In this document: positions 25,682 through 38,501 of the stretch, in pieces
Layout: every line of letters starts with the position of its first letter
Position numbering within the stretch: the first letter of the stretch is position 1
NCBI GenBank assembly: GCA_051453625.1
Contig: JBOZIK010000001.1
Location: forward strand, 30,234,766-30,274,735
DNA: 39,970 nt
Source of the DNA: Welwitschia mirabilis
Taxonomy: Eukaryota
Direction: 5' to 3'
Made by a program: the position numbers and the translations under genes
The notes under the pieces: model-generated
Database searches by the model: none
The model's input: only the letters and a program-made list of their open reading frames with translations
What the model was told of the DNA's origin: nothing

Positions 25682-27019
25682 TTATGGAACTGATATATTC
25701 TTTATGAATTCTTGCATCTAACTTTTGATTTTGCATTGCATAATTCTATGATTTCAAATGAATACAACACGCTTGGATATAGTAAAAAAGATACATAAGA
25801 AAGAAGTGAGTGAGCTTTGAAAGTGTTCATTAATGTTTTAAGATTAACTATTAGAAGAGTGTATTAACGACTAGTTCTATGGTAAAATTAGAGTTTACAT
25901 CTCATTTGGATAAATTCTGGCTTTGAAAGTTAACACATTAATTAAATGATTGCTTTAAATACATGTAAAGTTATTTTTCTTTGTGAATTTTTATTTCTTA
26001 ATGAAATGATTCATGTGATACCTAAAATCACTTATAATTTAATGCACATTCCTTCACTTACAAAGGTTACTATAGCACTGAATTTGAGAGGTGTAGTGAC
26101 ATGTCTACTTGTCAATTGAAGGAATCTTTGTCAAATTCAAATTTATTAAGATACTTTTTAAATTTGCAGCCCTTATATTAGGAAGAAATCAATTTAATAT
26201 AATGTTTAGAGCATTACCTGTTGGAACTCCAATCATAGTTAGGATAAGTGAAGAACTAAAAGTTAAAAATGTTAATTGAAAAAAATAAGAAATTTATAAT
26301 AATCATCTGGAAGTCATGTAACAACAAAATGTAATAAATTTCATTAAATATTTGAGAAGTACTTCATGATTCCATTAATTATTCTTTTTATACATATTTA
26401 TGTTTAATATAATTATAATTTATTGACAAACAAATTTTCAATTTTACAAGCTACAACACTAGCCTAACATTGTAGATATTTTATATATTTAGAAGAATGA
26501 TAAGCATGGCAGATTAGGAAAAACTACATACATTGAAGAATTTAAGTGAAATAAACAAAAACAAATAAGTTGCTAGGACTATACCAAGGTCATAGAACTT
26601 AACAACCACCTCAATAAAAGAATGTAGCCTAAATGTACCTTTAAGTTAGAACTTACAAGACTACATCCATTGTTAAAAGTAAAGTGTAATATATAAATTG
26701 TCTAAGTCAAATAAGTTGTTACCTTCTCAATCACCAGAATGTTTTAATGACTAAGGAAAACTTGTTTCCAAAATAAGAGAAGCACTTATATAAATCTTAA
26801 GAGTTTAGCTAGTATTTAAAGGATACCTTCATTGTATCTATTATCTATTAAACACCTTTTTTTCTAGTATGTTATTTAAAGAAAGTTAATTTGATTTAGA
26901 AAAACAAAAAGGCCAAAACGGTTGTCAATTTTGTGAAAAATCAATAGATGCCTAAACTTAAGGAAGGATATTATTTTGGTATTTGTGTTGTAAAATAGAC
27001 ATTATAAAATAATGCATAT

Positions 27020-27198
27020 GTATAATGTCATATTATATTATGTTATATTATATCATGTTTTAACATAATATTATATTATGTTGTGTTATATTATAAGATA
27101 TTATATCATAATAAACTATATTTCTTATAAATTATATTATATTATACATTATATTATCTTATATTAAATTATTATATTGTATTGTAACTATACTATAT

Positions 27199-27241
<43 letters not shown>

Positions 27242-27480
27242 TATTGTATTATATCATAATTATATTATATNNNNNNNNNNNNNNNNNNNNNNNNNNNNNN
27301 NNNNNNNNNNNNNNNNNNNNNNNNNNNNNNNNNNNNNNNNNNNNNNNNNNNNNNNNNNNNNNNNNNNNNNTATTAAATTATTATATTGTATTGTAACTAT
27401 ACTATATTATATTATATTATTTATATATATACTATTATATTTTATTATATCATAATTATATTATATTATATTACATTTAA
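27020..27480. repeat. (ATATT)n/(TA)n low-complexity tract; shorter counterpart at ~22780-22940
   Basis: Degenerate TATTA pentamers and a TA run. Confidence 0.9.
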
Positions 27481-29101
27481 GCATAGTATCATATTAAATT
27501 ATATAATGTCGTCTCATGTGCTTAGCATTATGTATTTATTATAAAGGATAGACATGTGTAATTACTATCTTAAAATGCATTAGGCGATGAGAGAGATTTC
27601 AATCTCAACATTCTAATATTTGTACCTTTAACTTATATTACAACTATCATGACCTATTAAATGAAGAAGTAACCACTAGTTAGACTGCAACAATGTTCAT
27701 ATTTTTAGGCTTAAACATCTTTTATTTAGGAGTTAAATATACAANNNNNNNNNNNNNNNNNNNNNNNNNNNNNNNNNNNNNNNNNNNNNNNNNNNNNNNN
27801 NNNNNNNNNNNNNNNNNNNNNNNNNNNNNNNNNNNNNNNNNNNNTAATTATTATCTTAAAATGCATTAGGGAATGAAAGAGATTTCAAACTCAACATTCT
27901 AATATTTGTACCTTTCACTTATATTACAACTATCATGACCTATTAAATGAAGAAGTAACAACTAGTTAGACTACAACAATGTTCATATTTTTAGGCTTAA
28001 ACATCTTTTATTTAGGAGCTAAATATACAATATATTATACAAATCAGATTATCTATGATATGTTTATGATTTCATGCAATTATATTATGTATAATATAGT
28101 AAATTATGGTGCAAGTTTAGCATGTTTTTCAAAGTTGCTTTTAGGATGCCGTAATGCTTTCTAGAAATGCCTAAAAATAATTTCTTACATGTCCATGCAT
28201 ATGAGTTAAATATTCCAAGTAGTCACTTGTTATCTTATGCATAAAATGATATAATAATAGTGAATATCATATGGTGCTCAATGAAATAATTAGGCACTTA
28301 ATTAGTGACCTTTATCCTNNNNNNNNNNNNNNNNNNNNNNNNNNNNNNNNNNNNNNNNNNNNNNNNNNNNNNNNNNNNNNNNNNNNNNNNNNNNNNNNNN
28401 NNNNNNNNNNNNNNNNNNAAATTAGATTATGTATGATATGTTTATGATTCCATGCAATTATGTTATGTATAATATAGCAAATAATGGTGCAAGTTTAGCA
28501 TGTTTTTCAAAGTTGGTTTTAGGATGCCTTAATGCTTTTTAGGGATGCCTAAAAATAATTTCTTACATGTCCATGCATATGAGTTAAATATTCCAAGTAG
28601 CCACTTGTTATCTTATGCATAAAATGATATAATAATAGTGAATATCATATGATGCTCAATGAAATAATTAGGCACTTAATTAGTGATATTTATCCTTTGA
28701 CTTCTATTGACCTCATTCTATTGAGATTACAAACTTAATCAATGGCATATGGGCTATTCTCATTGGCATGTTATATGTATATATTATCAGGATCATTATG
28801 ATATGTTATAAAAGGAGAAACTAAGAGGTATCNNNNNNNNNNNNNNNNNNNNNNNNNNNNNNNNNNNNNNNNNNNNNNNNNNNNNNNNNNNNNNNNNNNN
28901 NNNNNNNNNNNNNNNNNNNNNNNNNNNNNNNNNNNNNNNNNNNNNNNNNNNNNNNNNNNNNNNNNNNNNNNNNNNNNNNNNNNNNNNNNNNNNNNNNNNN
29001 NNNNNNNNNNNNNNNNNNNNNNNNNNNNNNNNNNNNNNNNNNNNNNNNNNNNNNNNNNNNNNNTACTAATGGATATTTTTGCTAAGTGACTAAGGGATTT
29101 A

Positions 29102-29103
<2 letters not shown>

Positions 29104-29155
<52 letters not shown>
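29104..29155. repeat. (AC)n microsatellite
   Basis: Perfect AC run. Confidence 0.97.
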
Positions 29156-29157
<2 letters not shown>

Positions 29158-30501
29158 CATTTTAATAGGATACCTCTTAGTTTACAACCTATGCTCAGTT
29201 GTACATTTTACGAGGAGTTTTTAATGTTTTTATCTTTTACATTTATTTTCTCACAAACCATATTCAGAATGTAGTGGTCCTTTAGGCAAAATTCGTTAGT
29301 TTGATATGTTCTACAAGTCTATTAGATTTGATTTTTCATTTGAGCACTTTGAATTTTTACCATATGTGAGGCCCACTTAAAACACCACTTTTCAAATTTT
29401 CACACATTTCACATTTTTCTTCTTCTATTTAGGCAATTTAGAATGTATTGTGATTCTTAAAGTGTTCAGGATGTATTTTTAACATTTTTCATATTTTTTA
29501 TTAATTTTTGGGGGTCGTTATTATGCATCCATGTGATCCATTTGATGTATTTTTTTCCATTTTTGCATGATGTTTTTATGTATTTTAGATTTAGTAGCCC
29601 CATACATGTAGATCTAAATAGGCTGAGGTAGAGGCTGAAGCTATAAAGTAGGAGGCAAGCACAATAATATTGTCAAAAATAGAGTGTGTAGGAGGTAAGC
29701 CTAATGATATTTATCATTCATCAAATTAGAGGTAAACCTTCTGTGTAATACAGACTTGAGGTATTTACTTGGATAATCCTTTTTTTTCTATTTCTTATTT
29801 CTCTAATTTAACTTGTCTACATAATAGATACATTATGTTTAATAAGTGGAATAATCAAAACTAGAATTTTACCAACAGGTTCTGCCTTTTAGCAATTATA
29901 TTAGATAGAACTCTCTAAGATTATTTTACAACATCATTTTTTAGTGGTTCAAATATAAGTTTAACTCTACTATCCACATCCTTACATGTTAATCTTAAAA
30001 CATCTTTTGTTGCTCTATCACCTAACCCGTTCATGATAATAGTCTTCTCACTCTTGTCTTATGTTTATTTAAGAAACACTAACCCATCAATTTTTAACAA
30101 GCTAATCATGCAATTCAAAAGATTTGTAATAAAGGATTCCATTCAACACTAGTCTTAAAAATTTAAAAAACATTATGACATCCTTTATTCCATCTTCATA
30201 AATAAGTTTATAACAGACAAATATCAGAGCACTAGTATCCTCTTTGTAAATAATATAAAATGATGTAGTAAGATCCTTGATTTGATGTTGTGTTTTATTT
30301 AATATTGTTACCTTTAAAGTATTTATTCTTTAAAGTTAATTTTCCTCTTTTAATCCATTTGCCTAAATTCTCCAAGAAATGGAGCATTAAAAAAGCTAAT
30401 TGAATGCATTCATAACTCATAAAACTTTAGCCTTCTTCAATAGCATCATGACCTCAAACAAGAATACACTTTAATGATATAAATTTATAAATTGCATAAT
30501 T

Positions 30502-32275
30502 TGTTATCTAATACTTAAAATGTTCTATTTTGAAATATAGAGCCATTGATAAAATTTAATTAGATCATTTAATAATAATTTATTAAAATCTCCATTGATA
30601 ATATCTGAGTAGGACCTTCTTAAGAGTAGAAGATGAAAAAGATTGATTTCTTTTTGAACTAGAAGATGAAAAAGCCTGTTACTCCTCTGTCGTTCTCATG
30701 ATATGTAGGACGATAGCACTAATAAAATGGATGAAGTCTGTGGAGTTGACTATGTGGTCTAAAGCTAATAAACCAACTTTTGACATGAAGTGATGTTCCC
30801 ATTATCATCCCCATGATAGTTAGGATGATACCTATTTTTGTATGGAAGGAAAGAATTATCTTTGTAATGGGGTCATGNNNNNNNNNNNNNNNNNNNNNNN
30901 NNNNNNNNNNNNNNNNNNNNNNNNNNNNNNNNNNNNNNNNNNNNNNNNNNNNNNNNNNNNNNNNNNNNNNNNNNNNNNNNNNNNNNNNNNNNNNNNNNNN
31001 NNNNNNNNNNNNNNNNNNNNNNNNNNNNNNNNNNNNNNNNNNNNNNNNNNNNNNNNNNNNNNNNNNNNNNNNNNNNNNNNNNNNNNNNNNNNNNNNNNNN
31101 NNNNNNNNNNNNNNNNNNNNNNNNNNNNNNNNNNNNNNNNNNNNNNNNNNNNNNNNNNNNNNNNNNNNNNNNNNNNNNNNNNNNNNNNNNNNNNNNNNNN
31201 NNNNNNNNNNNNNNNNNNNNNNNNNNNNNNNNNNNNNNNNNNNNNNNNNNNNNNNNNNNNNNNNNNNNNNNNNNNNNNNNNNNNNNNNNNNNNNNNNNNN
31301 NNNNNNNNNNNNNNNNNNNNNNNNNNNNNNNNNNNNNNNNNNNNNNNNNNNNNNNNNNNNNNNNNNNNNNNNNNNNNNNNNNNNNNNNNNNNNNNNNNNN
31401 NNNNNNNNNNNNNNNNNNNNNNNNNNNNNNNNNNNNNNNNNNNNNNNNNNNNNNNNNNNNNNNNNNNNNNNNNNNNNNNNNNNNNNNNNNNNNNNNNNNN
31501 NNNNNNNNNNNNNNNNNNNNNNNNNNNNNNNNNNNNNNNNNNNNNNNNNNNNNNNNNNNNNNNNNNNNNNNNNNNNNNNNNNNNNNNNNNNNNNNNNNNN
31601 NNNNNNNNNNNNNNNNNNNNNNNNNNNNNNNNNNNNNNNNNNNNNNNNNNNNNNNNNNNNNNNNNNNNNNNNNNNNNNNNNNNNNNNNNNNNNNNNNNNN
31701 NNNNNNNNNNNNNNNNNNNNNNNNNNNNNNNNNNNNNNNNNNNNNNNNNNNNNNNNNNNNNNNNNNNNNNNNNNNNNNTGATTATAGTTTCATAATATTT
31801 CTATAGTTTATTTAGATTATAAGGTTGACTTTGTTAGTTTAGATTTACATTGCTATTTCATTCCAATTCTATATTTGCATTATCCATATTCTATTTGGTA
31901 ATTTTTTATAGTTTATACTGGTTAGGAATAAGTAATAAAACTCTTCCTAGTTGATCTAAGTTCTAAAGAAATAGTTCTTGTGATAGAAGAATTAGAACCT
32001 AAATAGAATTCATGTCATTTGCATTTCATCCATTTGCATTTCACCATCCTTCATCCNNNNNNNNNNNNNNNNNNNNNNNNNNNNNNNNNNNNNNNNNNNN
32101 NNNNNNNNNNNNNNNNNNNNNNNNNNNNNNNNNNNNNNNNNNNNNNNNNNNNNNNNATGTATTATGACATTTGGGTTAAATTTTATCTATACTAGCATGT
32201 GTTTGTTTTTCAAGTATTATGATTTCCAGGTTTTTGCCTAAGGACTTCAAGGTTTCATAAATCTACATCATAACA
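30502..32275 (+). repeat. 5' LTR of Athila-like element 2 (largely gap)
   Basis: 3' end defined by CA plus PBS. The start is approximate (TAATACTTAAAATGTTCTATTTT near 30509). Shares the hairpin motif with the other Athila-like LTRs. Confidence 0.55.
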
Positions 32276-35200
32276 TTTTGAGACCATTGCTGGGAAAGGT
32301 TATAAGAAGCTAGATGATTGTTACTATCTATATAAGTACCTTGAATTTTAGTTCAAGTTATTTATTTGAAATAGTATTGTATTTTTATTTATAGTTTGAT
32401 GGGTCTATTTCAGTAATTTTTTTATTTTCTGTAGTTTTAAAGATCTCTGTCATCTTCACTATCATCCCCATGACATTAGGAATGACAGTCCTAAATTTTT
32501 AAATTTATTTTTTTAGAATTTTCTTTCTAATTTTAGAGTAGTAATAAGAATATTATCATCTTCTCTGTTAGACCCAAGATATACTGAATAATAATCTAGT
32601 NNNNNNNNNNNNNNNNNNNNNNNNNNNNNNNNNNNNNNNNNNNNNTGATCATTGTTCCGTTCTGTCTTCCCCATGACCATGTGGACAACTATTAGTTGTT
32701 TTTAATTTTAGGTTTTGTTTAATATCTTAGATATGTAAGTTTATCATGAATTCTAGTAGAAAGATGAAATTTTAGAGAGAGTGGAACTTGATTAAAGAAA
32801 ATATCAAAGAAGGATTATTTGACTTTAAGCAAAATCCAAGTATGCACATTCTAGGTACAAAAATTCCAAGAATTAAAGAATAACACTTTCCTACTTTTAT
32901 TATTTTAGAATCAAATTTTACAAAAGAAAATGATAGCATAGAAATAGATCATGTCATTTATTCTTCAACTACATTAAAATCTTCACAAAAATAAAAGCAA
33001 GTCACTTTGTCTAATACGTCAATCATGATAGGAACTTCTACTTTAAATGTAAATGTTACTCTTAGAGATTTAGTTGCTAATAGAAAATGTAAAATCAATA
33101 ATCTTTTTGACTTACCTACCAGTGATGATGTAGAATTAAGAAATTTGGGTGTTTATCCAACATTTTTAGAGAAACTTGAAAAAGACCCTTTCCAACATCT
33201 AGCTGACATTGAACAACTTGTGTTTACCTTAGGAAGTGGAAAGAAACACATTAGTGATCATACTTACCTGATTATTTTTCTAGTCATACTTAGAAAAAAG
33301 GCAAAACTTTGGATTAAAACCATTCCACATAAGAGTCTTAAATCATAGAGTCAAGTGTAAGAAGTTTTTATTAAAAGATTTTTAAGTGGAAGTACCATGA
33401 GAAAAAGAAGAAAGAAAGTTATCAAATTTTAACAACCACCTTACGAGAATTATGCCACAACATATGAATGTTTTATTATAGCTNNNNNNNNNNNNNNNNN
33501 NNNNNNNNNNNNNNNNNNNNNNNNNNNNNNNNNNNNNNNNNNNNNNNNNNNNNNNNNNNNNNNNNNNNNNNNNNNNNNNNNNNCCAGGTATGCACATTCA
33601 AGGTACAAAAATTTCAAGAATTGAAGAATAACATTTTGCTGCTTTTATTATTTTAGAATCAAATTTTACAAAAGAAAATTGTAGCATAGAAATAGATCAT
33701 GTCATTTGTTCTTCAACTATATTAAAATCTTTACAAAAACAAAAGCAAGTCACTTTGTCTAATACGTGAATCATGATAGAACTTCTACTTTAAATGTAAA
33801 TGTTACTCTTAGAGATTTAATTGCTAACAGAAAATGTAAAATCAAAAATATTTGTGACTTACCTACCAGTGATGATGTAGAATTAAGAAATTTGAGTGTT
33901 TATCCAACATTTTTAGAGGAACTTGAAAAAGACCCTTTCCAACATTTGGCTGACATTAAACAACTTGTGTTTACCTTAAGAAGTGGAAAGAAACACATTA
34001 GTGATCATAATTACCTGGTTATTTTTCTAGTCATACTTAGAAAAAAGGTAAAACTTTGGATTAAAACCATTCCACATAAGGGTCTTAAATCATGGAATCA
34101 AGCGCAAGAAGTTTTTATTAAAAGATTTTTAAGTGGAAGTACCATGAGAAAAAGAAGAAAGAAAGTTATCAACTTTTAACAACCAACTTACGAGAATTTT
34201 GCCATAACATATGAATGTTTTATTATAGCTAGCCATTTCAACCCTATTGATAAAGAAGAGCTAGTATATTATTTCTACAGTGGATTAAACATTCAAATTA
34301 ATTAATTATTGTGGTGGAAACTTAATGAACTTAGTTTTAGAAGAGGAATGAAATATGTTGGAAAACCTAGTAGAGATAAGTCAAACTTGGCTTAAACCCA
34401 CTAAAGACAATCAAAATATAAATTATAAAAGACTTAAAGGAGATAANNNNNNNNNNNNNNNNNNNNNNNNNNNNNNNNNNNNNNNNNNNNNNNNNNNNNN
34501 NNNNNNNNNNNNNNNNNNNNNNNNNNNNNNNNNNNNNNNNNNNNNNTATAAATTACAAAAGACTTAGAGGAGGTAAAACATGAAAAGGAAAAGAGATAGC
34601 TAACTTAACCAATGTAATTAAGGATTTCACTACCACTTTAGAGAAGTACACTTAATTGATAGTTGACATAAAGGTAGTAAAAAATAAAAAAGGATAGTTT
34701 TGACTTATAATATTTATGAAGACAACTCTTATCTAACTAAAGAGTGTCCCTTATTACCAACTTGTAAAGAAAGGATGTTTAAGGAGATGGATGTATTCAA
34801 CCAAAGAACACTGAAATTTAAAAGCCAATCACANNNNNNNNNNNNNNNNNNNNNNNNNNNNNNNNNNNNNNNNNNNNNNNNNNNNNNNNNNNNNNNNNNN
34901 NNNNNNNNNNNNNNNNNNNNNNNNNNNNNNNNNTCGACTTATAATATTTATGAAGACAACTCTTATCCAACTAAAGAGTATCCCTTATTACCAACTTGTA
35001 AAGAAAGGATGTTTAAGGAGATGGGTGTATTCAACCAAAGAATACTAAACTTTAAAAGCCAATCACAATTTCACCAAAGATTTAGTGGATACTCACAATT
35101 GAAACCTTTTGAGAATAGATTTAAGAATGCAAACTTTCAAACAAGTAACCTCAATTTTCAACCAAATCAAAATGATCTACTTAGAGAATCTATAGAAGAA

Positions 35201-38200
35201 TTGAAAAATATGTAAGAAAAGACTAACAATAATATTTAAAACTTATTGAATGTCCTTCAATAAATAATGCTTGCTAATTAAATACGACAAAGGTCTCTTG
35301 CATCTCAACCTTTGCCCAACTCAAATGAAGTCAAGAGATATTTAAAGGCTATAATAAGAAGTAGATATGATGCAACACCTCCTACTCATGGGATTTTAAC
35401 TTTCAAAAATAATGGAAAAAGTAATGAAAAAAGATGATGTATAAATTTTGGACTCATATAACTTCCCATTAACATCTCATGCTAAAACTGCTACTAAAAA
35501 TTCTTTACAAGAAAACAAAGGTGAAAAAACCATCTACTTCTTGGCTTGATCAGTTAAATATGATTTTTACTTTTGATGAATACTTGAAGACCTTGATACA
35601 AGAGGTAAACATCAACTTATATTTTTAAAAACTCTTGTAAGATAATCCTAAATATTCTAAGTTATGAAAAGACCTAGTGAGAATGAAATAAAAATATACC
35701 ATTCCTAGTAAAGTATTTTTTGCTTAATATATTTCCAATTTAGTCATGAAAAAGTGTTCTAAATTTAAAGACCTTAGAGTAGTAATAATGAGTATTACTT
35801 TTTAAGAAAACAAAAGAATTCAAAAAGCTTTAATTGACATAGAAACTAGTATAAATATCATGCCTTTGCACATACACAAAAGACTTGGGTTAAAAAACAA
35901 AATAGAACCTACATGAATTATCTTGGAATTGGCTAATACTTTAATTAATAAAACCTTAGGAATTATCAAGAATGTAGTTATCCAAATAGAGGAAGTTTTT
36001 TACCCCATAAATATAGTCATCATTGAGGTAGAACATGATGGAGATTATCCACTACTTTTATGAAAAGCCTTTTATGTAAATGTCTACTATGTCATTGATA
36101 CATGAACCAAGATAATGGAATGTCATTTAGGCAATAAGAAGTTTACTAATTTATTTTTTGATGCTATTAAAAAATAAATAGAATATGAGTTTAACTTAGA
36201 AAAAGAACTTAAACCAATCTTTTTTTTACAACATCAGCCAATTGAGGAGAGATTAATAATGTTACACGAACTATCTTTGTGTGATGACCTAACCAAAACA
36301 TACTACTTTGAGTATGAGAGTGAGGAAACTTTTAAGAAAAACCAACATGTTTACTCACTAGAAAACCTTTTTTTAGTGTCATCCCATGTCTATTGTCCCC
36401 AAAATAGATAGGACAATAGTTTAAAATTCTAACTTAGAACTTAAGGAATTACCTAAAGGTATGAAATATATTTTTCTATCCAATAATCTAAAGAAACCTA
36501 TGATAATAAGTGATTTTCTTACTCTTAAATNNNNNNNNNNNNNNNNNNNNNNNNNNNNNNNNNNNNNNNNNNNNNNNNNNNNNNNNNNNNNNNNNNNNNN
36601 NNNNNNNNNNNNNNNNNNNNNNNNNNNNNNGGATATAAGTTTAACTTAGAAAAATTGAACTTAAACCAACCTTTTTTTTACAACATCAGCCAATTAAGGA
36701 GAGATTAATAATGTTACACGAACTAGCTTTGTGTGATAACCTAACCAAAACATACTACTTTGAGTATGAGAATGAGGAAATTGTTGAGAAAAACCAACAT
36801 GTTTACTCACTAGAAAACATTTTTATAGTGTCATCCCATGTCTATCGTCCCCAAAATAGATAGGACAATAGTTTAAAATTCTAACTTAGAACTTAAGAAA
36901 TTGCCTAAAGATATGAAATATATTTTTCTATCCAATAATCTAAAGAAACCTCTGATAATAAGTGATTTTCTTACTCTTAAATAAGAGTCCAACTTGAACT
37001 CACTTTTAACTTCTAAAAAATATTCTTTACTTAGACTCATAAAGAGTTAGTTGTCATTCCTCTTTTCATAGTCCAATACAAAACTTACCTTGAGGATAAT
37101 GCTAAACCTATTAGGAAACCCTAACAAAGGCATAACCCAGTCCTTAAGTAAATAGTTAAAGATGAAATTATTAAACTTATAAATGCTAGTATCATCTATA
37201 ATATATTTAATAATAAGTGAATTGACCCTTTAATAGTAGTTCCAAAAAAGGGTGGAAAATGGAGAAGGTGCATTAATTTTAAAAAACTTAATGAGGTCAT
37301 TAAAAAGGATCATTGCCTTTTTTCTNNNNNNNNNNCATGCCTACTATTATTTTCTTAATGGGTATCGTGGCTATAATCAATTTTGCATAGTAAGTAAAGA
37401 CCAAGCTAAAACAACCTCTACCTCATCTTTAGAACCTTTGCCTTTAGATGAATGCCTTTTAGACTTTCTAATGCTTCTAAAACTTCCCAATGAGTAATGA
37501 TGAGGATCTTTTTTGATATGATAGAGGATTCTATTAAAATATTTATGGATGACTTCTCCATCTTTAGTAAAATATTTGAATAAACAATAGAAATATTAAA
37601 GAGATTCTTCAATTGATGTATAGAGAGTGGTCTACATTTGAGTTGGAAAACGAGTTTCTTCCTTGTCAATTATGAAATTGTTTTAGGTTATTACATTTCA
37701 AAGGAAGGGATTAAGATGGACCCTACAAATGTTGATATCATTAAAAACCTTAGCCCTGCAACTAATGTCAATAAGTTAGATCATTTCTTAGTCATGCTAG
37801 TTTCTATCATTGTTTTATTCATGATTATGCTAAAATTTGTAAATCCTTTCACTCATAACTCAAAAAAGACACTAAATTCGATTGGAATGATTCGTGTCAA
37901 CTTGCATTTGATACACTTAAGAAAAACATTTCTTCTAAACCTATTGTCATAGGTCCTGATTGGACTAAAGATTTTGAACTCATGTGTGATGTAAACAACA
38001 TCGTTCTGGGTGGGGTTCTTGGCTAAAAATATGAAAATAGTTTTAAAGTTATATCCTATCTTAGTAAAAATTTGTTCAAAAGTATAATCCAACTACACCA
38101 CTATTGAAAGGAAAATGCTTACCATTATTTTTTGCCTTAGTTATCTTAGACATTATCTTATTGGTTTCCACATTAATGTTTATATAGATCACATAGCTAT

Positions 38201-38501
38201 ATGCTATCTTATGACTAAAAACGATTTTAGTACCAGACTTATTAAGTGGATCCTTCTCATACAATAATTCAATCTCATTATAATTGATAAAGCTAAAAAA
38301 CATAATAGCTTTGCAGATCATCTATCTCGACTTTCTTATTCTTATGATGAACTTCCTATAAAAGACTTCTTTCCTAATGAACAACTATTTATTGTAAAAC
38401 AACTTTATGCCATCTCTTCTATTCATTTCACTTCTTATTATGTTGATACTGTGAACTACCTTATTACTATGAAAACACCTTAGCATTAGAACTATAACTA
38501 T
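30502..38501 (+). mobile_element. Athila-like Ty3/gypsy element 2 (5' LTR, PBS, gag, protease, RT, RNase H), interrupted before integrase
   Basis: LTR ends ATAACA (32275), then PBS TGAGACCATTGCTGGGAA (32279-32296). Gag EKDPFQHL...KAKLWIKTIP...SWNQAQEVFIKRF, protease ALIDIETSINIMP (~35827), RT FLNGYRGYNQ and IFMDDFSIF (~37540), RNase H FELMCDV...PRLIKWILLIQ...ADHLSR. Confidence 0.9.

Larger units (their letters stand above)
24660..29103 (+). repeat. 3' giant LTR (copy B) of the non-autonomous Tekay/Del-like element; right end not resolved
   Basis: Homology blocks with copy A: 24672-25830 with 21371-22547; ~27500-27565 with ~22940-23005; ~28190-28318 with ~23340-23470; 29064-29103 with ~23746-23790. 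Length is inflated by gaps and gap-flanking overlaps. Confidence 0.75.

Noticed and set aside
27160-28700. Repeated blocks around the gaps at 27271, 27745 and 28319
   Set aside because: Each duplicate flanks a 100-N gap; assembly overlap artefact.
30350-30470. Minus-strand GHDAIEEG...FNAPFLGEF resembling PPP phosphatase (RAHQVVEDGYEF...FSAPNYCGEF) or hAT RGHDE motifs
   Set aside because: No other phosphatase or transposase motifs nearby; probably coincidental.
30813-31795. Longest ORFs in the track (322 and 317 aa)
   Set aside because: Almost entirely N gap.
32835-34230. Apparent ~650-bp tandem duplication of gag (ORFs 33007 and 33766)
   Set aside because: Near-identical copies sit on either side of a 100-N gap. 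This pattern recurs throughout the window and indicates overlapping contig ends or haplotypes, not a real duplication.
34410-36980. Duplicated segments at 34410/34547, 34700/34935 and 36180/36631
   Set aside because: Same gap-flanking overlap artefact.
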